NCBI RefSeq assembly: GCF_049969415.1 | Contig: NZ_JBMFOX010000030.1 | Coordinates: forward strand, 1 to 11,543 | DNA length: 11,543 nucleotides | DNA from: Candidatus Hadarchaeum sp. | GTDB taxonomy: Archaea > Hadarchaeota > Hadarchaeia > Hadarchaeales > Hadarchaeaceae | Reading direction: 5' to 3' | Shown: one piece after another, positions 8,011 to 11,543 of the stretch | How the letters are laid out: every line of letters starts with the position of its first letter | How positions within the stretch are numbered: position 1 is the stretch's first letter | Position numbers and translations under genes: made by a program | The notes under the pieces: model-generated | Seen by the model: only the letters and a program-made list of their open reading frames with translations | What the model was told of the DNA's origin: nothing | Database searches by the model: none

Positions 8011-8786
8011 TGAGAATGTTCCAGGAGGGAAAGAAGCTTGTTGTGGGCATGGTACACTTGCACCCTTTGCCAGGCTCGCCGCGGTTCGATGGTAACCTGG
8101 ACGAAGTGGCTGAGGCTGCTCTTGAAGATGCTTTAGCGTTGGCAGATGAAGGGGTAGACGCCCTGTTGGTGGAGAACTACGGCGACGTGCCTTACTTGAC
8201 TAGGAAGCTTCCCTTGTTGACAGTGGTAGCAATGGCTCACATCGTTGACCTGATCAAATCTAAAATTGTCATCCCCTTGGGCATAAACGTGCAGTTTGAC
8301 GCTTATGAGGCCGAACTAGTGATCGCCACTGTCTGCAAGGGAAATTTTGTTAGGATTGAAGGCTTTGTCGACACCCTAATCACGGACACTGGCCTCGTGA
8401 CCCCCTGTGCTGCTGAGTGCCTCCGTCTTCGCCGGCAAGGAGGGGGTGAGAAAGTTGCGATTTGGGCCGATGTCCAGGTCAAGGAAACCCAGCCCATTGG
8501 CAACCGCAACATTGTGGCTGCTGCAGTGGCTGCTGCGAAGAACTTAGCCGACGCAATCATTGTCACCGGCAGTGCGACCGGCTCCGCCCCTGCGGCGAAA
8601 ACGCTGAAGGAGGTGAAGGCGGCCGTTGACCGGCCAGTGCTGGTCGGCAGTGGACTGACACCGGAGAACGCCCCGGAGTTGCTTGCGATCGCCGACGGAG
8701 CGATCGTCGGCACAGCGTTAAAGACAGGGGGGCGGATCGATAGACGGAAGGTCCGGAGGCTTATGGAAGTGATTCGAAAGCTATGA
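8010..8786 (+). CDS. BtpA/SgcQ family protein (TIM barrel, function unknown)
   Basis: VGMVHLHPLPGSP, GVDALLVENYGDVPY, PLGINV, ADVQVK, ADAIIVTGSATG, PVLVGSG, DGAIVGTALK. Start is ATG 8010 (TGATG coupling) or GTG 8007. Confidence 0.93.
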   Translation: MRMFQEGKKLVVGMVHLHPLPGSPRFDGNLDEVAEAALEDALALADEGVDALLVENYGDVPYLTRKLPLLTVVAMAHIVDLIKSKIVIPLGINVQFDAYEAELVIATVCKGNFVRIEGFVDTLITDTGLVTPCAAECLRLRRQGGGEKVAIWADVQVKETQPIGNRNIVAAAVAAAKNLADAIIVTGSATGSAPAAKTLKEVKAAVDRPVLVGSGLTPENAPELLAIADGAIVGTALKTGGRIDRRKVRRLMEVIRKL

Positions 8787-8799
8787 GCGGAGGCGCCAA

Positions 8800-10239
8800 A
8801 TGAAGACTATACAGATGTTAATAGACGGTGAGTGGAGATCAGCAAAGTCTACTTATAACGTTATCAATCCGGCAAACACCGAGGAGGTGGTTGCAAAGGC
8901 CCCTCTTGGGACCCGGAGCGATGCCCAAGAGGCAATCGAGGCTGCGTACCGTGCTTTTTCCGCGTGGTCGCAGAAAAGCCCTTACGAAAGGGCAAAGCTA
9001 CTAAGGAAAGCGGCGGCCATTGTGATGGAGCGCATTGAGGAATTGGGTCGCTTGCTCACGCTCGAGACCGGTAAACCGCTTAAAGACTCCTTGAAGGAAA
9101 TCGAGTTTGCTGTCCGGGTCCTTCAATATTATGCCGAGGAGGCCACGAGGGTTTTCGGCGAGTGGGTTCCGACGATTTCCCAATCCGTCCGCAGTATTGT
9201 GATCCGTCAGCCCGTGGGTGTGGCAGGCCTAATCGTGCCTTGGAACTTTCCTGTAGACCTTCTGGCTTGGAAGCTTGGCCCGGCACTTGCCGCCGGTTGC
9301 ACTGTGGTTATCAAGCCCTCCAGTGAGGCGCCAGCAGCGGCCACGGAGTTTGTAAGAGCGGTCAACGATGCTGGCTTTCCACGGGGAGTCATAAATGTAG
9401 TTCCAGGAAAGGCCTCTGAGGTAGGCTTGGAGTTAGTAGAGAACCCCAAAGTTGCAAAACTTAGCTTTACCGGAGAGACGGAAACAGGCAAGTACATTCT
9501 GGAGAGGGCAGCAAAACATTTGAAAAGGGTTTCCCTCGAGCTCGGGGGGAACGCTGCTGCCATCGTATGCGATGACGCTCCTTTGGAGGTGGCGATCTCG
9601 GGCTGCGTGCGTCGTGCATTTTCCCATATGGGGCAGATATGTATAAGTATCAATAGAGTATACATTCTCAAAGAAATAGCCAAATCTTTCATTGAGGGGG
9701 TCGTTGAAGCGACCACGAAGCTGAAAGTCGGCAATGGACTAAACCCGGAAACTGACCTGGGGCCTATGTTTCGGGAGGAGCTGCGGCAGAAGACAAAAGA
9801 GCACATCAGGGACGCCCTCGAAAAGGGAGCGAGATTACTTTGTGGAGGCAAGGAACCTGAAGGGGAGGAGTACGAGAAAGGTTTCTTCTTCATTCCCACG
9901 GTGCTCATAGACGTTGATCACCGGATGCGAATTATGCGTGAGGAGACCTTCGGCCCGGTGATGCCTATCATGGTGGTTCAGAGCCTTGACGAGGCCATTA
10001 AGTTAGCGAACGACACGCGCTACGGCTTAGCAGCATATGTCTTCACAAAAGACCTCTCCAAAGCAATAATTCTTGCAGAACGACTTGAGGCCGGGGGAGT
10101 GGCTGTAAACATCAACGACGTTACAGAACTCCAGGCACCATTTGGTGGTTGGAAACAAAGCGGCATAGGCCGTGAACTCTCACGACATGCTCTTGATAGT
10201 TATTTAGAATACAAACATATCCGCATAGGAATAATTTAA
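8800..10239 (+). CDS. NAD(P)-dependent aldehyde dehydrogenase (SSADH/GabD-like)
   Basis: PWNFP, KPSSE, FTGETETG, LELGG (catalytic Glu), GQICIS (catalytic Cys), EETFGP, PFGGWKQSGIGRE. RBS GGAGG upstream. Confidence 0.96.
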   Translation: MKTIQMLIDGEWRSAKSTYNVINPANTEEVVAKAPLGTRSDAQEAIEAAYRAFSAWSQKSPYERAKLLRKAAAIVMERIEELGRLLTLETGKPLKDSLKEIEFAVRVLQYYAEEATRVFGEWVPTISQSVRSIVIRQPVGVAGLIVPWNFPVDLLAWKLGPALAAGCTVVIKPSSEAPAAATEFVRAVNDAGFPRGVINVVPGKASEVGLELVENPKVAKLSFTGETETGKYILERAAKHLKRVSLELGGNAAAIVCDDAPLEVAISGCVRRAFSHMGQICISINRVYILKEIAKSFIEGVVEATTKLKVGNGLNPETDLGPMFREELRQKTKEHIRDALEKGARLLCGGKEPEGEEYEKGFFFIPTVLIDVDHRMRIMREETFGPVMPIMVVQSLDEAIKLANDTRYGLAAYVFTKDLSKAIILAERLEAGGVAVNINDVTELQAPFGGWKQSGIGRELSRHALDSYLEYKHIRIGII

Positions 10240-10335
10240 GAAGCGCTCGGGGCAAATCTTTAAGCACCAGCCTGTTCTCACTCACCATCTCTCCGTACTC
10301 CACTTCCGGGAGGTTCGGCCTTGGCAACTAATACG

Positions 10336-10360
10336 CATAGTGCCCCGTTTATTGTGTCTG
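10336..10360 (-). repeat. Probable right terminal inverted repeat of the IS256 remnant
   Basis: On the minus strand ...ACACAATAAACGGGGCACTA overlaps the transposase stop, resembling IS256-type ends as I recall them (ACACAA...CACTA). No partner end found in the window. Confidence 0.5.
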
Positions 10361-10655
10361 GGCGGCATGGTAGCTCCCCATCGACACTTCCGCAAACCCC
10401 CGCAGCCTGCGGCCTTCCAACCTCTCGGAGAGGCTCCTCAGCACCAAGTACAGGAGCTTCTCCACCGCCTCCTCCCGAGAGAATCCACCACCTTCGTCCG
10501 CCGCTTCACTTCCCTGCTTAGGCACTCCAACTGGTTTGTGGTATAGAAGCACCTCCTGATGGGCTTTGGATGGCGAAGGAAGGCAAGTAGAGCGTGAGAT
10601 TTGGCCTCCCAGTGCGCGACGATCCGGGGATAGATCGAGCCCTAACGTTCCCTTC
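10336..10655 (-). mobile_element. IS256-family insertion sequence remnant (3' part of the transposase plus probable right end)
   Basis: Minus strand reads RER*GSIYPRIVAHWEAKSHALLAFLRHPKPIRRCFYTTNQLECLSREVKRRTKVV, then frameshifts into FSREEAVEKLLYLVL...RRLRGFAE...QTQ* (TAA 10349-10351). The TTNxxE...KRRTKV motif is typical of IS256. Internal TAG and frameshift make it a pseudogene. Confidence 0.88.
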
Positions 10656-10659
10656 GCCT

Positions 10660-10750
10660 TTTCATCGCTCCCTTCAAGGGGAGCTCCTCACATTGGAGGG
10701 GCCCATCGCAAATCGAGGGAGCTTGGTCTTCAGCCGGAAGCAGTGGAAGA
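10660..10750 (+). pseudogene. Remnant of an Arc/FitA-like ribbon-helix-helix antitoxin
   Basis: HRSLQGELL at 10663-10689, then after a frame change AHRKSRELGLQPEAVE. Both resemble Arc-family antitoxins that precede PIN toxins (recognition from memory). The 5' end is missing at the IS junction. Confidence 0.5.
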
Positions 10751-10764
10751 AATGGCCGCTAGGG

Positions 10765-10885
10765 CGAAGGTGGTGGACCATCTGGCCGCCTTCCAGCTCG
10801 CCTTGGAGACGGGGTTGACTACCTATGACGCAAGCTACCTTTTGCTTGCCCGCTCGTTGAAGATCTCTCTAGTGGAGCTTCAGAG
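10765..10885 (+). pseudogene. C-terminal remnant of a VapC/FitB PIN-domain toxin
   Basis: VVDHLAAFQLALETGLTTYDASYLLLARSLKISLV matches the PIN C-terminal GLxxYDAxY motif. The N-terminal Asp motif and the terminal TxD are absent. Confidence 0.72.
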
Positions 10886-10941
10886 GGCCCAAGGTTGGAC
10901 TCTTTGGCCCGGCGCATTCCCAATTTGATCCAAGGCTGATC

Positions 10942-10961
10942 ACCCGGGCTCAAGCCCGGGT
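10942..10961. repeat. Short GC-rich hairpin ACCCGGGCT-CA-AGCCCGGGT
   Basis: Perfect 9-bp inverted repeat at 10942-10950 and 10953-10961. Confidence 0.7.
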
Positions 10962-10990
10962 CAATGGAGCGGCTCGGGTGGGATTGTTTC

Positions 10991-11052
10991 CCCTCGGTTG
11001 TTTATTGGTCCAAAAAGTGCCACTTTTTGGACCGACTAAATCCAATCGTGGG
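10991..11052. repeat. Long inverted repeat with a perfect 27-bp core GGTCCAAAAAGTG-C-CACTTTTTGGACC
   Basis: Perfect 13-bp arms at 11007-11019 and 11021-11033. Imperfect extension: TTTA/TAAA, CGGTTG/CAATCG, CCC/GGG. Confidence 0.85.
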
Positions 11053-11118
11053 TAGGGTACGGGCTTGTCCGCCGACCTTCTTCCGTAGTTATGGGGAATC
11101 CCAACGCTCCGTCCCATC

Positions 11119-11164
11119 CTGGACTTTGGTCTTAAAAGTCACTAAATACTAGACCACAGTCCAG
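11119..11164. repeat. Inverted repeat CTGGACTTTGGTCT-N18-AGACCACAGTCCAG
   Basis: 14-bp arms with one mismatch (11119-11132 and 11151-11164), just downstream of the reconstructed vapC stop on the minus strand. Confidence 0.75.
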
Positions 11165-11168
11165 AAAG

Positions 11169-11543
11169 TCACTGAGTTTGGGAGAGGAGGCGGTCAAGAA
11201 GGAGCCCTCTGGGCCCTCCTTGACCCTGAGGAAAGCTCGGTCGTTGGTAAGGAAGGCCGTGGCGCCCGCTGCCCTGGCTGTGGCAAAAAGCAAGGCGTCC
11301 GGGGTTCTCAGCCCATAGCTGGCTCGAAGCCTTGCGTCCTCGGCGGCAATCTCCACATCGGGAGCCAAAAACCGAACATTCGGGATCCCCAAAAGTAGCT
11401 CCAAGGCTTCCCGCACCTTCCCCTCCCCCTTCTCCCAGAGCTTCACCAAGAACTCATGAGGGTGAGAGTGGAAAGGATGAGCTCAACCTCCCCCTCGGCC
11501 TAGGGTGGCAAATGGCTTCTCGGAGAAGGCGGAGTAAGGAGGG
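11169..11543 (-). pseudogene. vapC: VapC/PIN-domain toxin pseudogene, 5' end beyond the window
   Basis: Reconstructed as PPYSAFSEKPFATLGR/GEVELILSTLTLM/EFLVKL...ARLRASYGLRTPDALLFATA...FLTNDRAFLRVKEGPE/LLLDRLLSQTQ*. LRTPDA and FLTND are PIN motifs. Apparent indels near 11492, 11455 and 11206. Confidence 0.8.

Noticed and set aside
9207-9908. 233-aa antisense ORF, and similar ones at 4272-4763, 6191-6646 and 8303-8713
   Set aside because: Shadow ORFs opposite well-supported genes, with no recognisable motifs.
8800-10239. Naming the ALDH gabD, the phosphorylase udp or the hydrolase rutB
   Set aside because: Family motifs are clear but substrate-level orthology cannot be established by eye, and the context differs from the known pathways.
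10566-10928. 120-aa ORF as a real gene
   Set aside because: It is a chimera of antisense IS256 sequence, an antitoxin remnant and a PIN C-terminus.
10991-11052. Integron attC site
   Set aside because: No RYYYAAC/GTTRRRY ends flank the hairpin and there is no integrase in the window.
11052-11077. GTAG-type REP
   Set aside because: The stem after GTAG is short and imperfect, and no second copy is present.
11128-11173. CRISPR mini-array
   Set aside because: Only two 9-bp identical units at 30-bp spacing; too short, with no cas genes.

Overview
Most of the window (214-10239) is one intact, tightly coupled + strand operon for uptake and breakdown of a nucleoside-like compound. It starts at a perfect sigma70-type promoter (TTGACA-17 bp-TATAAT) and encodes, in order: a GntR/HutC(UTRA) regulator, an isochorismatase-family cysteine amidohydrolase, a BMP-family ABC transporter (binding protein, double-domain ATPase, two permeases), a PfkB kinase, an atypical NP-I nucleoside phosphorylase, a BtpA/SgcQ TIM-barrel protein of unknown function, and an aldehyde dehydrogenase. 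I cannot match this gene combination to a characterised pathway. It is a candidate catabolic route for a modified or unusual nucleoside and gives a testable functional context for BtpA/SgcQ. The last ~1.3 kb is decayed accessory DNA: an IS256 3' remnant, a collapsed Arc/FitA-like antitoxin plus PIN toxin remnant, a ~235 bp palindrome-rich non-coding segment, and a frameshifted VapC/PIN pseudogene running off the right edge.
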